Of a stretch of DNA of 64,000 nucleotides, positions 8,085 to 17,952 are shown piece after piece (the stretch's first letter is position 1; every line of letters begins with the position of its first letter). The stretch is taken from the IMG/VR virus record IMGVR_UViG_3300021511_000003, positions 1 to 64,000 of that record; one strand, written 5' to 3'. Made by a program: the position numbers and the translations under genes. The notes below the pieces were generated by a model. It saw only the letters and a program-made list of their open reading frames with translations. It was not told the origin of the DNA and did no database searches.

Positions 8085-8813
8085 ATGGGTATGAAATACT
8101 CTTTTGCCGAACTCGGAAATAATATATTAACAAGAAAGTTTGGTGGAACAACAGCTGGTGTTGCTGATCCTTATGTAACTGGTTATCATTTCATATGGTT
8201 TGATAAATTACCTGGTGCATTGGAAACTTATGTTAAAGAAGGTAATTCAGGGATACAATCAAATGCAGAAATTAGAAATGTGCTTGCGGCATCTTGTTTG
8301 TCAGTTACTCCACCAGGTGGAACTCTCAATAAAATTGAGTACACTGGTCTTGGTGGTGTAAAATGGGCTGTTCCTGGAAATATTGATTATGGAAATACTG
8401 TATCAGTAAAATTCTTAGAATTTAATAAAACTCCAATTCTTGATATTATGCATTCTTGGGTTAAACTTATTCGCGATTACAGAACAGGTATTACTGATCT
8501 TGATGATGGTGATAATGGTGAAGGATATACCAAGAAAACATATGCTGGATTGATGTATTACTGGACAACAGCACCGGATGCAAAAACAATAGAATACTAT
8601 GCAGCATATGATGGTGTTTTTCCAGCAAAAGATCCACAAGACTTATTTACAAGTGATGTTGAAACAGTTGGTAGATTAGATTTAGAAATGGAATTCAATG
8701 TTGATTATGCATGGCATGAACCTTGGGTACTTAATAAATGTCAAACACTATCTGCACCATTTACTAAATCAGCTGATAATATTAAAAAATATGGACCAAC
8801 ACAGGCTGCTTAA
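8085..8813 (+). CDS. Tail tube protein (T4 gp19-like)
   Basis: PGGTL...PGNIDYGNTVSVKFLE, W-x-K, YDGVFP pattern; located in the tail cluster. Confidence 0.75.
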   Translation: MGMKYSFAELGNNILTRKFGGTTAGVADPYVTGYHFIWFDKLPGALETYVKEGNSGIQSNAEIRNVLAASCLSVTPPGGTLNKIEYTGLGGVKWAVPGNIDYGNTVSVKFLEFNKTPILDIMHSWVKLIRDYRTGITDLDDGDNGEGYTKKTYAGLMYYWTTAPDAKTIEYYAAYDGVFPAKDPQDLFTSDVETVGRLDLEMEFNVDYAWHEPWVLNKCQTLSAPFTKSADNIKKYGPTQAA

Positions 8814-8825
8814 TGAGGCAAATAT

Positions 8826-9308
8826 ATGTTACCAAAATCTTATCTTAGAGTTATTGCTGCCTATATGGTTTACGAATCTGCACTTTCAAAGATTGCTAAA
8901 ATTCAGGCGTTTCGTTTTATTGAACTCGAAGCGTCTGATATACAACTAAAAGTATTTATTAATGAAGGGAAGATTCGTCAAGTATATGAAGGTGAGATGA
9001 TTCAGGATGCAGTTTTTATTCCTGCATTGATAATTGGAGCAGCTCTTGGGGCAGCAAAAATGGCATATTCTCAATTTTTATCAAAAGCTGCAATAAAATG
9101 TAAAGGGAAAGAACATTCAGAAAAACAAAAATGTATGCGGGATTATAGAATAAAAGCTAATTATATAAAAGTTGCAGCATTGAAAAGGGAAATAAGTAAA
9201 TGTAATCAAACAAACAATGTCAAAAAATGTCGAGATTTATTTCTCAAGCACATAAAGAAGATTGAAAGTCAAATTCAAAAAGATAAGATCAAAAATATTA
9301 GGAGGTAG
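8826..9308 (+). CDS. Putative virion protein with Cys-paired helical module
   Basis: C...KC...LKREISKC-x7-KC module shared with 11250-12398. Confidence 0.55.
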   Translation: MLPKSYLRVIAAYMVYESALSKIAKIQAFRFIELEASDIQLKVFINEGKIRQVYEGEMIQDAVFIPALIIGAALGAAKMAYSQFLSKAAIKCKGKEHSEKQKCMRDYRIKANYIKVAALKREISKCNQTNNVKKCRDLFLKHIKKIESQIQKDKIKNIRR

Positions 9309-9314
9309 TTACAA

Positions 9315-9794
9315 ATGGATACTAATAGAATGAGGTTAGGTCTTGTATATATTTTCGATGAAAATAAAAATATTCCATCAAAAGCCAAACTTCACTTGAT
9401 TAACTTTATCGAAAATGCTAATAAATATCAATTAAAAGTTTTAGCGATGGATGGTGAGCTTATACCAAAAGAATCAATTGATGAAAATACCAAATCTATC
9501 ATAGAGGATAGATTTGAAACAAGAAATGATATAAATGAAGTATTAAATAAAGCATCGTTAAAAGGGATTAAAGAAAGTATTTTTAAAAAGAGTAATAGGA
9601 CTTCAGCAAGACTTGAAAAATCTCTTAACTATTACAAACACAAACTTGCACAATGCCAAAAGAAATATGTTGGGAAACCAGATAAAATTAAGTTATGTCA
9701 AATAAAAATGAAAGAAGCTGTCAAAGAGTTTCAAGCTGCACTACAACATGTTAAACAAAATATAGCAGCTCAAAAAAATAACAAAACTAAATAA
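9315..9794 (+). CDS. Putative virion protein, paralog of 8826-9308
   Basis: Shared N-terminal FIE-x-A-x3-QLKV pattern; C-terminal paired Cys in a basic helix. Confidence 0.55.
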   Translation: MDTNRMRLGLVYIFDENKNIPSKAKLHLINFIENANKYQLKVLAMDGELIPKESIDENTKSIIEDRFETRNDINEVLNKASLKGIKESIFKKSNRTSARLEKSLNYYKHKLAQCQKKYVGKPDKIKLCQIKMKEAVKEFQAALQHVKQNIAAQKNNKTK

Positions 9795-9834
9795 AGAAAA
9801 AACTAATTCGATACGAAAGAAAGGAGATAAACAA

Positions 9835-10626
9835 ATGACATTCAAAGGATTTGCAGTACAGTATCCGGAATATGAAGTATTAACGCCACAAACCAAACAA
9901 TCATATACTTTAAGATCTCTTAGTGTTCAAGAGGAAGAGAGATTAAAAGGTAGTATGATTACACCAACTAAAATTGCGGAACATCTGAATAGTTGTATTT
10001 TTGATTCTTTAGTTAACAAACCAGAAGATGTTACAGATCTAGATTCATTTTTAAGGACTACAACATTAAAAGATAGAGACGCTTTATTATATGGTCTTTA
10101 TCACATAACATATGAAGAAATTAGAAACTATCAGGTCAAATGCACATCATGTGCTACTGAATATGCTGTAACAATTGCAGCATCTAGTACATTCAATTTT
10201 AATACTTATCAAGGTACAAATGTTTTAACTGATAAACATAAATTTGAGTTACCTGTTTCAAAGGGTGTTTTTGTTACAGTTAAACAACCAACATTATTTG
10301 ATGAAATTACTGCAATAAAACAACTGGGGAACAGACCTGGAAGTACAATTGAATTAATTACCGAAATTCTTATCATTGATAAATTCGAACAGGATGTTAA
10401 GGAAAGTAAAAAACAAATTCTTTATAATGATAGAATCGATATTCTTGATGCTTATCTTTCGCTTCCTGCTAAAGATAAAAGAGAAATTTATAAAGTATAT
10501 AATGAATCTTTCGGAAAATATGGTGTTGATCTTAAAATGCAAAGTAATTGTACAAGTTGTGGTAATCAAGATAATTATGATATTGATTTAGTGGAAAGCT
10601 TTTTTCGCTCATTGTTCTCAGCATAA
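9835..10626 (+). CDS. Baseplate hub assembly protein (T4 gp26-like)
   Basis: LRSLSVQEE, DRDALLYGL, CTSC and CTSCG Zn pairs, C-terminal SFF. Confidence 0.75.
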   Translation: MTFKGFAVQYPEYEVLTPQTKQSYTLRSLSVQEEERLKGSMITPTKIAEHLNSCIFDSLVNKPEDVTDLDSFLRTTTLKDRDALLYGLYHITYEEIRNYQVKCTSCATEYAVTIAASSTFNFNTYQGTNVLTDKHKFELPVSKGVFVTVKQPTLFDEITAIKQLGNRPGSTIELITEILIIDKFEQDVKESKKQILYNDRIDILDAYLSLPAKDKREIYKVYNESFGKYGVDLKMQSNCTSCGNQDNYDIDLVESFFRSLFSA

Positions 10627-10813
10627 TCAAATAGGTGAATTTAAAGATAACTTGTCTGAGAACATATTTTCGTGTATGGAATTAAGCAAACAATCATATA
10701 ATGATGTTATACTTATGCCCGTCAAAAGATTTACAGACTATCTCAAATGGAAAAGCAGTTTAGAGGAAGAAAAACAAAAGAGATACGAAGAGGAAACAAA
10801 AAAATATGGCTAA
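10592..10813 (+). CDS. T4 gp51-like short frame, absent from the ORF track; reached from the ATG at 10676 or by frameshift from the gp26-like gene
   Basis: Open frame 10592-10813: ...FKDNLSENIFSCMELSKQSYNDVILMPVKRFTDYLKWKSSLEEEKQKRYEEETKKYG; stop overlaps the gp25-like start. Confidence 0.6.
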   Translation, partial: WKAFFAHCSQHNQIGEFKDNLSENIFSCMELSKQSYNDVILMPVKRFTDYLKWKSSLEEEKQKRYEEETKKYG

Positions 10814-11249
10814 TTTATTAGATAGATTTAATGAAACAGTTGCTGGTTCAAATTCTAAATTAGCTGATTATATTTCAAAGATTTCTGTAAGAAGTGATTT
10901 TAAAAGAATTACAGATATTAAAGTTTTAATTAATTCTTGGAACAATATTTTGATAACTCCAAGAAGAACTTATATGTATGACCCTGAATATGGTAGCGAA
11001 TTATATAAAATGATTTTTGAACCTGCTGATGAATCAACAGTTAATAAAGTTATTGAAGAAGTAACATCTAATTTATTGAGATATGATGATCGAGCAACTA
11101 TTGAAGATGTGAATGTTACGTTTTTTCCTAATAGAAAAGGGTTTTCTGTTGCAGTTGATATAAATTATGAGGGGGAGACCGGTCAATTAGAAGTTATAGT
11201 TGATGAGGATGTTTACTTTAAATTTTTTGAATCTACTGAGGCGAATTAA
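10806..11249 (+). CDS. Baseplate wedge protein (T4 gp25-like)
   Basis: NILITPRRTYMYDPEYGSEL...IFEP...RYDDRA pattern. Confidence 0.85.
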   Translation: MANLLDRFNETVAGSNSKLADYISKISVRSDFKRITDIKVLINSWNNILITPRRTYMYDPEYGSELYKMIFEPADESTVNKVIEEVTSNLLRYDDRATIEDVNVTFFPNRKGFSVAVDINYEGETGQLEVIVDEDVYFKFFESTEAN

Positions 11250-12398
11250 ATGCTTACTCAATATAATAGACATATTTTAAAAGAGGCTGGACAAAAATAT
11301 TTATTCGATATTGCTATAGATAGTCAAGTCTTAAAGAAAAAATTAACATTTATAGAACATGTTGAATTGTGTAATTCAATTTATTCTCTAACATATGAGG
11401 AAATTATTGGCTTAACAATTACAGAAGATATAAAAGAATTTGAAAGTAAATTTAAAAAGTTTTTAAAATATAGTCTTGCCACAATTGCAAGCGCAATCAC
11501 ACTTGGTCCTCTAGCTCCACCGATTGCAATGTTTATTTTATATTTATTTAGAAAGATGACTGATACATGTTCAAGAAGATGCATTAGAATGATGCCAACA
11601 TCAATTAAAAGAAAAATATGTCGTTATGAGTGTCAAGTTAATGCATGTCGTCAAATTGTAAATAAATTGAGATCTGAAATATCAAGATGTAGTACATTTT
11701 CTAATAGTGACAAGTGTGAAAAAAAATTAAAAAAAGAATTTATTAAATGGTCAAAAAGACTTCAACAACAAATAATTAAATTACAACAGGCCAAATTAGG
11801 TGTTGAAGAAAAAAAGAGAAAATTAAAATCAAAAGAACTTTCAAAAAAGATAAGAACAATTACTAATAATTATAATTTACCAAAGAGCCAATTAATGAAA
11901 ATAGTTGTTGAAAGTAAAAGGTTAAGACAGTCAATTCCATTTAGAAATCATTTAAAAATGTATCAAAGAGTTACAGCTTTAAAAGAAAATGAATATACAA
12001 TTAACCCTCCAAAAATTGATCCTGCAAAAGAAAAATATGCAAGACAAGCTCTTTACCTTGGTTTGTGGATTATACCAATACCATTTTTTAATGATGTTGT
12101 TAATTATATAATAAAAAAATATAATTTTGCATGTGTTGGAAAATGTTTAGGGCAGAAAAAATATTCTAAAATATTATGTATTCACCAATGTTCTTATCTT
12201 TCTGCACAATATGGTGTGCAGTTGTTAAAAAAACAGCTTTCTAAATGTAATAAATCTAACAATCCAGTTAAGTGTAAGAAAAAAATTTATAGTCTTCTTG
12301 AAGATTGGAAACAAAGAGAGATTGAAGCAAAAATTAAATTTCAATCATCACTAAGAAATGAAATGAGGAAAGCTAAAGAAAGAGAAGGAAAACAATAA
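11250..12398 (+). CDS. Putative virion protein with two copies of the Cys-rich module
   Basis: Internal repeat: hydrophobic segment, then C-x3-C...C-x3-C...SxC-x7-KC, twice. Confidence 0.55.
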   Translation: MLTQYNRHILKEAGQKYLFDIAIDSQVLKKKLTFIEHVELCNSIYSLTYEEIIGLTITEDIKEFESKFKKFLKYSLATIASAITLGPLAPPIAMFILYLFRKMTDTCSRRCIRMMPTSIKRKICRYECQVNACRQIVNKLRSEISRCSTFSNSDKCEKKLKKEFIKWSKRLQQQIIKLQQAKLGVEEKKRKLKSKELSKKIRTITNNYNLPKSQLMKIVVESKRLRQSIPFRNHLKMYQRVTALKENEYTINPPKIDPAKEKYARQALYLGLWIIPIPFFNDVVNYIIKKYNFACVGKCLGQKKYSKILCIHQCSYLSAQYGVQLLKKQLSKCNKSNNPVKCKKKIYSLLEDWKQREIEAKIKFQSSLRNEMRKAKEREGKQ

Positions 12399-13075
12399 TG
12401 TCGGATATTCAAAACTACGAAAGAATATACCAGTATGTGCATGAATATCAAAATTTGTTATATAAATATTATAGCAAACATGTCGTTAGATATTTAGTAA
12501 CATATTACAATTTAAATATTGATAACACTATATGGGAAGATGAAGATGTGTTTGGTGGTGCTTATGAACAAACCGGTAATCTTACAGGTATAAGAAGAAA
12601 TAAAATTTTATTACTGCCTGTATATTTTCCGGAAGAAATAAATACAGCATTTGATGGTGAGGATGTTGGTTATAACAAAACTACAGAAACAACTATTGTA
12701 ATACCAAGCACATATGGATTTAAACCATACCCACATGATATTATTAAACTAGAACAGGAATTTTTAAGAACCAATGATGATACATATCCATTATATCAAG
12801 TAACTGGTGTTGAAGTTCATCCCAATACAGATAAAAGATATTGGAAACTAAAATGTCAAGTATTTCAAAGTGAATCATTAAATGTAGTAGATGAACAAGT
12901 TGAAAATATATATTCTTTTGTTGAATATGATAAACAAATTCATACTCTTGATAATAGTCGATTCATTTCAAGAATGTTATATAAAGATTCATTGTTAAAA
13001 CCAGTTTTAAAAGATGTATTATTTGATAATAGAGTTGGTTTTTATTTTACACCAAGAACACCACCTGGATGTTAA
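12398..13075 (+). CDS. Putative virion structural protein (neck/head-closure-like)
   Basis: Position in the structural operon with coupled start; beta-rich; family not firmly recognised. Confidence 0.4.
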   Translation: MSDIQNYERIYQYVHEYQNLLYKYYSKHVVRYLVTYYNLNIDNTIWEDEDVFGGAYEQTGNLTGIRRNKILLLPVYFPEEINTAFDGEDVGYNKTTETTIVIPSTYGFKPYPHDIIKLEQEFLRTNDDTYPLYQVTGVEVHPNTDKRYWKLKCQVFQSESLNVVDEQVENIYSFVEYDKQIHTLDNSRFISRMLYKDSLLKPVLKDVLFDNRVGFYFTPRTPPGC

Positions 13076-13086
13076 GGAGATAACGA

Positions 13087-15573
13087 ATGGCTGATACATT
13101 ATTATCAGAACAAATATATTTATCTAGAGATTCGTTCCGTGAATTGATTTCTGCTGAGGCGAAAAAATATTTAGAACTAGAAAATGTGGATTTAACGAAA
13201 TCGTCATTTCTCAGTTTCCTCATTGATACAATTTCTACAGTATCTGGTAATCTTTTGTTTTATCAATTATCATCATACCGTGAATTTTTTCTCACAAAGG
13301 CTCAATTACCCGAATCAATTCTAAATCTTTCTTCATTTCTTGGATATAATACAGTTGAAGCAACACCAGCTACTGTTAATGTTTTAATGACATTCCCGTT
13401 TGGTTTTGAAGATCCAATAAGTCAATTTGTTATATCAGAAGGGTTTGTATTTACTGCTGATAATGATGTTGATTTTGTAACATACTATTCAACAACAGTG
13501 GAAGTAATAAATAATGCAAATGTAAATGTTCAAATTACTGAAGGTAATAAACGGTATAATTTACCAGTTGAAATAACAACTGATTCATTTAGTTTTGTTT
13601 TACCATTAAAACAAATCAAAACATCTGAACAGGAATTTCAAATTGATTCTGATACAAGAGAGTATCAATTTGTTTCGTTGAATGTTCCTATTACAGGTGA
13701 AGTTGCCGACTTACAAATTGAAATACAAGATCCTGGAAGTTCTGGTACAACAATATGGGATGAATTTACAAGTTTGTTTCTTATGTCGTCTTCTGATAAG
13801 GGTTATATATCAAGGAGAACAGATTATGGAAGAGTTGTGACATTTGGTAATGGTTTAATTGGTGTTCAACCAACTCCTGGTTCTTCTGTTTTTATGAATA
13901 TATTAACAACATTAGGAGCTGACGGAAATGTAATTGCTGGATCAATAAGAGAAGGTGAAAGAATTTATTTAACAACTTTAGGTGGTACAACACAAATTGT
14001 TGATTACGAAGTTATTAACAATTCTTCAGCGTTTGGTGGTAAAGATGAGGAGTCACTTGAAGAAATAAGACGAAATTCAATTGAGTCGATTAGGTCATTA
14101 GAGCGTCTTGTTTCATCTGATGATTATAAAAGTATCAATATAGTTGTTCCTGATATTCCATTTGCTCAAAATGCATTACCTGTTTTAAAGAGATCTGATT
14201 TACAAGTTAATGAAATTGAATTGTTTACTGCTTTACTCTTTGGTTCTAACGAAGTAGGTGAATTTTCAAATCTTGTACCAACACGAAATGCAGTTTTTAC
14301 AGTTCCAATAACAACATCGAGATTGTATAGAAATGATATAATAACGATTGGAAGTTCAGAATATTATAATATTTTTGAAATAGAAATTGATACACAAAAT
14401 ACTGTTGGTATTTATGAGTATATTATTTTAGCAATCGAAGTGATACCAGCATTAGAAACAAGTTATACATCTACATATAACATATATGCAGATCTTTTAG
14501 AAATCGAAAGAAACGGAACAGAGGGTATATTTAAGTTACATTATAAATCACTTGAAGTCGACCCAGACTTAACAACATGTGAAATGGTAATACAATCAAG
14601 TGGTTCAACGAAGACAATGATTAATGATGCAACCAATGGCTATTTTATTTATACATTTGATCCTTACACAGGTATACCAATTGGTGAGCAAACATATGAA
14701 TTTACAATTAGTGACCCATATGGTTCTGAGGTTGCTTTATATTCGAACAAGGTTACATTTAGAGCAGACTTGAGCTCATTTATGAGATCAAATGTTCAAT
14801 TTGATTCAACAAATGTTATTATTTATGATGTGCCGGTAATTGAAAAAGAATACTATGATTCAATTGATCAAAAGGGATTTGAACTTCAAGTATTACAAAC
14901 ATTGATTAGCAGTGCTGATTTATCAAATGCAAGAATGTTAACTGATTTTTCAAATGTTAAATTTACAAATACACACGGTATTCTTAATACTATGCTTCTC
15001 AATCAACCTACGATTACTTCAGTTATTGATATAGTAGAAACCATTCCTGTCACACCTGCGATAGGTGATAGATATATATTTTCACCAACATCTAGAAATG
15101 ATGAATATCAAGATAATATCATGAGATGTACTAGTCTTGGTCCTGTTGAATTTGTATATGAAAAACCTGTTGCTGATTCTATTGTGTATATTACAAATAT
15201 TGGTGAGAATTATATTCATTCAGAATCAGGATGGATTCCATTACCAATTTATAACGTACCAGTTGAAGTTGAAATAGAAGTATTTAGAGATAACACATTC
15301 ACCGGGAATTTATCATCTCTTCAAGATACTGTTAGAACAACTATCATTGAAGCTTTTGAGGATAGATTTGGTACTGCTGCAGAGATATATAGATCAGAAA
15401 TTATTGATACTGTTCAAGAAATTGCTGGTATTAGTCATTGTAGATTACGAAAACCAATAACTAGTATTTTCTTTAACTTTGATTTGAAGGACTTAACCGA
15501 GGATGAACTATTAAGATATGGACCAGAGTATGTTTATTTTACAAAAGACACTATTTCAGTTAGGGTGGTATAA
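13087..15573 (+). CDS. Baseplate wedge protein (T4 gp6-like)
   Basis: REFFLTKAQLPESILNL, VTFGNGLIG, GGKDEESLEEIR, RLVSSDDY. Confidence 0.85.
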   Translation: MADTLLSEQIYLSRDSFRELISAEAKKYLELENVDLTKSSFLSFLIDTISTVSGNLLFYQLSSYREFFLTKAQLPESILNLSSFLGYNTVEATPATVNVLMTFPFGFEDPISQFVISEGFVFTADNDVDFVTYYSTTVEVINNANVNVQITEGNKRYNLPVEITTDSFSFVLPLKQIKTSEQEFQIDSDTREYQFVSLNVPITGEVADLQIEIQDPGSSGTTIWDEFTSLFLMSSSDKGYISRRTDYGRVVTFGNGLIGVQPTPGSSVFMNILTTLGADGNVIAGSIREGERIYLTTLGGTTQIVDYEVINNSSAFGGKDEESLEEIRRNSIESIRSLERLVSSDDYKSINIVVPDIPFAQNALPVLKRSDLQVNEIELFTALLFGSNEVGEFSNLVPTRNAVFTVPITTSRLYRNDIITIGSSEYYNIFEIEIDTQNTVGIYEYIILAIEVIPALETSYTSTYNIYADLLEIERNGTEGIFKLHYKSLEVDPDLTTCEMVIQSSGSTKTMINDATNGYFIYTFDPYTGIPIGEQTYEFTISDPYGSEVALYSNKVTFRADLSSFMRSNVQFDSTNVIIYDVPVIEKEYYDSIDQKGFELQVLQTLISSADLSNARMLTDFSNVKFTNTHGILNTMLLNQPTITSVIDIVETIPVTPAIGDRYIFSPTSRNDEYQDNIMRCTSLGPVEFVYEKPVADSIVYITNIGENYIHSESGWIPLPIYNVPVEVEIEVFRDNTFTGNLSSLQDTVRTTIIEAFEDRFGTAAEIYRSEIIDTVQEIAGISHCRLRKPITSIFFNFDLKDLTEDELLRYGPEYVYFTKDTISVRVV

Positions 15574-15576
15574 TAT

Positions 15577-16695
15577 ATGGATCAATTACTTGCAAAGGCA
15601 AAAATTAATGATGCACAATTAAAAAGACATATAGTGAGAGTTGTGGCTAAAAATTTGGGTGCATTAACCGAACCTTGTTATTTTCCGCAAATTAAAAAAA
15701 ATTTTTATGAATTTTTAAAGTTAACTAATTTAACAGAACAAGATATTAGAGATTTTGCTAAGCGAAGATGGAAAGGAAGAAAGGAAGCAAAATTCGGTAC
15801 TCAAAGTAGTCATGTTGCAAATTTTTATGTTTTTCTTATGCAATATTTTTTGAATAAAAGAGATAAAACAACATATAAATACCTAATGGTTTTTTATATG
15901 ATTAGAATTTATGCTGGTTTTATGCATAAGGCTTTTAAAAAATATTGTAATGATGATGTTTTTAAATATGCATTAGATACTTTAACAAAAACACATTTAT
16001 TTTCAAGAGAAAAAACAATACCGAATGCTTTGTTTTATATTGCAGGTGAAATGGTTAGACGATGGACTAAAGGAATAAGAACAGGTGATCTTGATAATAT
16101 TTCCAAATTTATGCAGGATAGTAGAACAAGAGTAACTCAGAGTATGAAAAGTTTTGCAAATACATATTACAAAGCATCTGATGCTGGGGTAGGTATTAAA
16201 AGTGAAGAAGAACCATCAGATGATGAAAATAATTATCAAATAAAAGTTGCTGATAAAGGTATAAAACTTGCTGATACTATTACAAAAAAAATAACAGTTT
16301 ATAGATTTACAGATCGTAAAAGTCAAGAAAATGCAAGACGACTTGCAAAAATTAATTCATCGCTTGCAACCCAAATTGTTTCTAAACTTAATAATATTAA
16401 ATTAGCAGATAAGTTAAGACTTATTTTCAGATTATATATGAAGGATTTACCCGACGCTGAATCTATATGTGGAGATAAATATGAATCTTACATTAGACAA
16501 TTAATGTCTATTAAAAGAACAAAAATAAAAATTTACTTTAAACAACAAGTTAATTTATTACTTATAAATATATTAGATGATATTAACTATAAAGATAAAT
16601 ATGATGAACTTACCTCACAAACTCAATTTCTTATTAATTTATTTCTTGCCTACTATTTAACTATGGTATTAAAAAATACTGTTTGTGTTAATTAA
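15577..16695 (+). CDS. Hypothetical helical protein, last gene of the rightward operon
   Basis: ORF track, 372 aa; no motif recognised. Confidence 0.65.
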   Translation: MDQLLAKAKINDAQLKRHIVRVVAKNLGALTEPCYFPQIKKNFYEFLKLTNLTEQDIRDFAKRRWKGRKEAKFGTQSSHVANFYVFLMQYFLNKRDKTTYKYLMVFYMIRIYAGFMHKAFKKYCNDDVFKYALDTLTKTHLFSREKTIPNALFYIAGEMVRRWTKGIRTGDLDNISKFMQDSRTRVTQSMKSFANTYYKASDAGVGIKSEEEPSDDENNYQIKVADKGIKLADTITKKITVYRFTDRKSQENARRLAKINSSLATQIVSKLNNIKLADKLRLIFRLYMKDLPDAESICGDKYESYIRQLMSIKRTKIKIYFKQQVNLLLINILDDINYKDKYDELTSQTQFLINLFLAYYLTMVLKNTVCVN

Positions 16696-17942
16696 GTAGT
16701 ATAAATTGGCCCGCCCTTAGCAACTAAGTCATCTTCTGTTTTTTTACTTTCATGTGGCGCTCTATTACTAGTAATAACTTGACTAACTTCTGCATTTTGT
16801 CTTTTTGCTACAGCGTTATTTCTTGCAATTAAATCCATTTCTTCTGTAATATTACTTCTTGAAGCTGATACATAACCTTTAGATGCTCCATTTGTTGAAC
16901 CAGCTAAATTTGAAGCAATAGAATTTACACGACCTCTCTTTGTTGATAATGACCTATCATCAGCTGATAAAGATTTAAGATAACTTCTTAGTGTTGGTCT
17001 ATTTGAGAATTTTTTATTTTCTTCTATTAAAATACTTCCATATAAACTTGTAAACTCTATTCTTACATCAACCATAGCAAGCTTTTGATTATATGATATT
17101 TGTTGTTGATCACCACCTTTAATGACAGTAACGTTTGTTATAACAGAAGGGTCCAGATTATAAATACCAGGAGCATTTATTTTATGAAAAAATGGCCAAT
17201 TATATGTTTCACCATCTTTTGATCTTGGAAGAGCAAGAGCTAATATTACAGCGAGAGGTCCAATGATATGTTGTTTAGTAGAATTTTCATTGCCAGGATT
17301 TGGATTGTATAATCTAACGGTTGCTGTATATGAAGGTTGAAAACCACTATTTCTCCATACTTGAGGAAAATCAACTCTATGACCAGCAAGCATACTATTA
17401 ATCACCCCTGCTCCACCACCTACCATTTTTGAAAATTCCGAACCTTCTTGATTCGCTTTTCCAGCAATTTTGTTTATTCCACTGGCCATCTTAGTCATAC
17501 CACCACCGCCGCTTTTAAGAATACTTCCAATAACTCCCTCCATACTACCGCCAAGATCAGTCATGGCCCCACCCATCTTTTTTACACCCTCACTTGCGGT
17601 TTCTGAACCTGTCATTTGCATTAGTTGAGACATACCTTGTGACGCAACATCTGTAAACTTTTGTAAGAAGGTTTCTCCGTATTCATTTGTAAAGGTATCT
17701 GTTGGAAAACTATCTGCTAAAAAAGCTAAATGAATAGGTACTTCTGTTGTAAAACCATGACTTTTCAAAATCCTTAAATAAGATTTTTTATCTTCTTCAA
17801 TGGTAAACAAATTTAAACCAGTTGAAAAATGTGGCTTACATGGTTTGATTTCAAATACTGGCATGGTATTAACAATCATTTCATCGCTAACCCATGTACT
17901 TGGAGGTAACCCAAAGGCTCCATTAATAGGTTCTAGACGCAT
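16692..17942 (-). CDS. Putative baseplate/tail-tube initiator (T4 gp48/gp54-like)
   Basis: Immediately after the tape measure gene; FPQVW, YNWPF, ITNVTV, VDVRIEF pattern. Confidence 0.5.
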   Translation of the reverse strand: MRLEPINGAFGLPPSTWVSDEMIVNTMPVFEIKPCKPHFSTGLNLFTIEEDKKSYLRILKSHGFTTEVPIHLAFLADSFPTDTFTNEYGETFLQKFTDVASQGMSQLMQMTGSETASEGVKKMGGAMTDLGGSMEGVIGSILKSGGGGMTKMASGINKIAGKANQEGSEFSKMVGGGAGVINSMLAGHRVDFPQVWRNSGFQPSYTATVRLYNPNPGNENSTKQHIIGPLAVILALALPRSKDGETYNWPFFHKINAPGIYNLDPSVITNVTVIKGGDQQQISYNQKLAMVDVRIEFTSLYGSILIEENKKFSNRPTLRSYLKSLSADDRSLSTKRGRVNSIASNLAGSTNGASKGYVSASRSNITEEMDLIARNNAVAKRQNAEVSQVITSNRAPHESKKTEDDLVAKGGPIYTT

Positions 17943-17952
17943 TTTTATCTCC

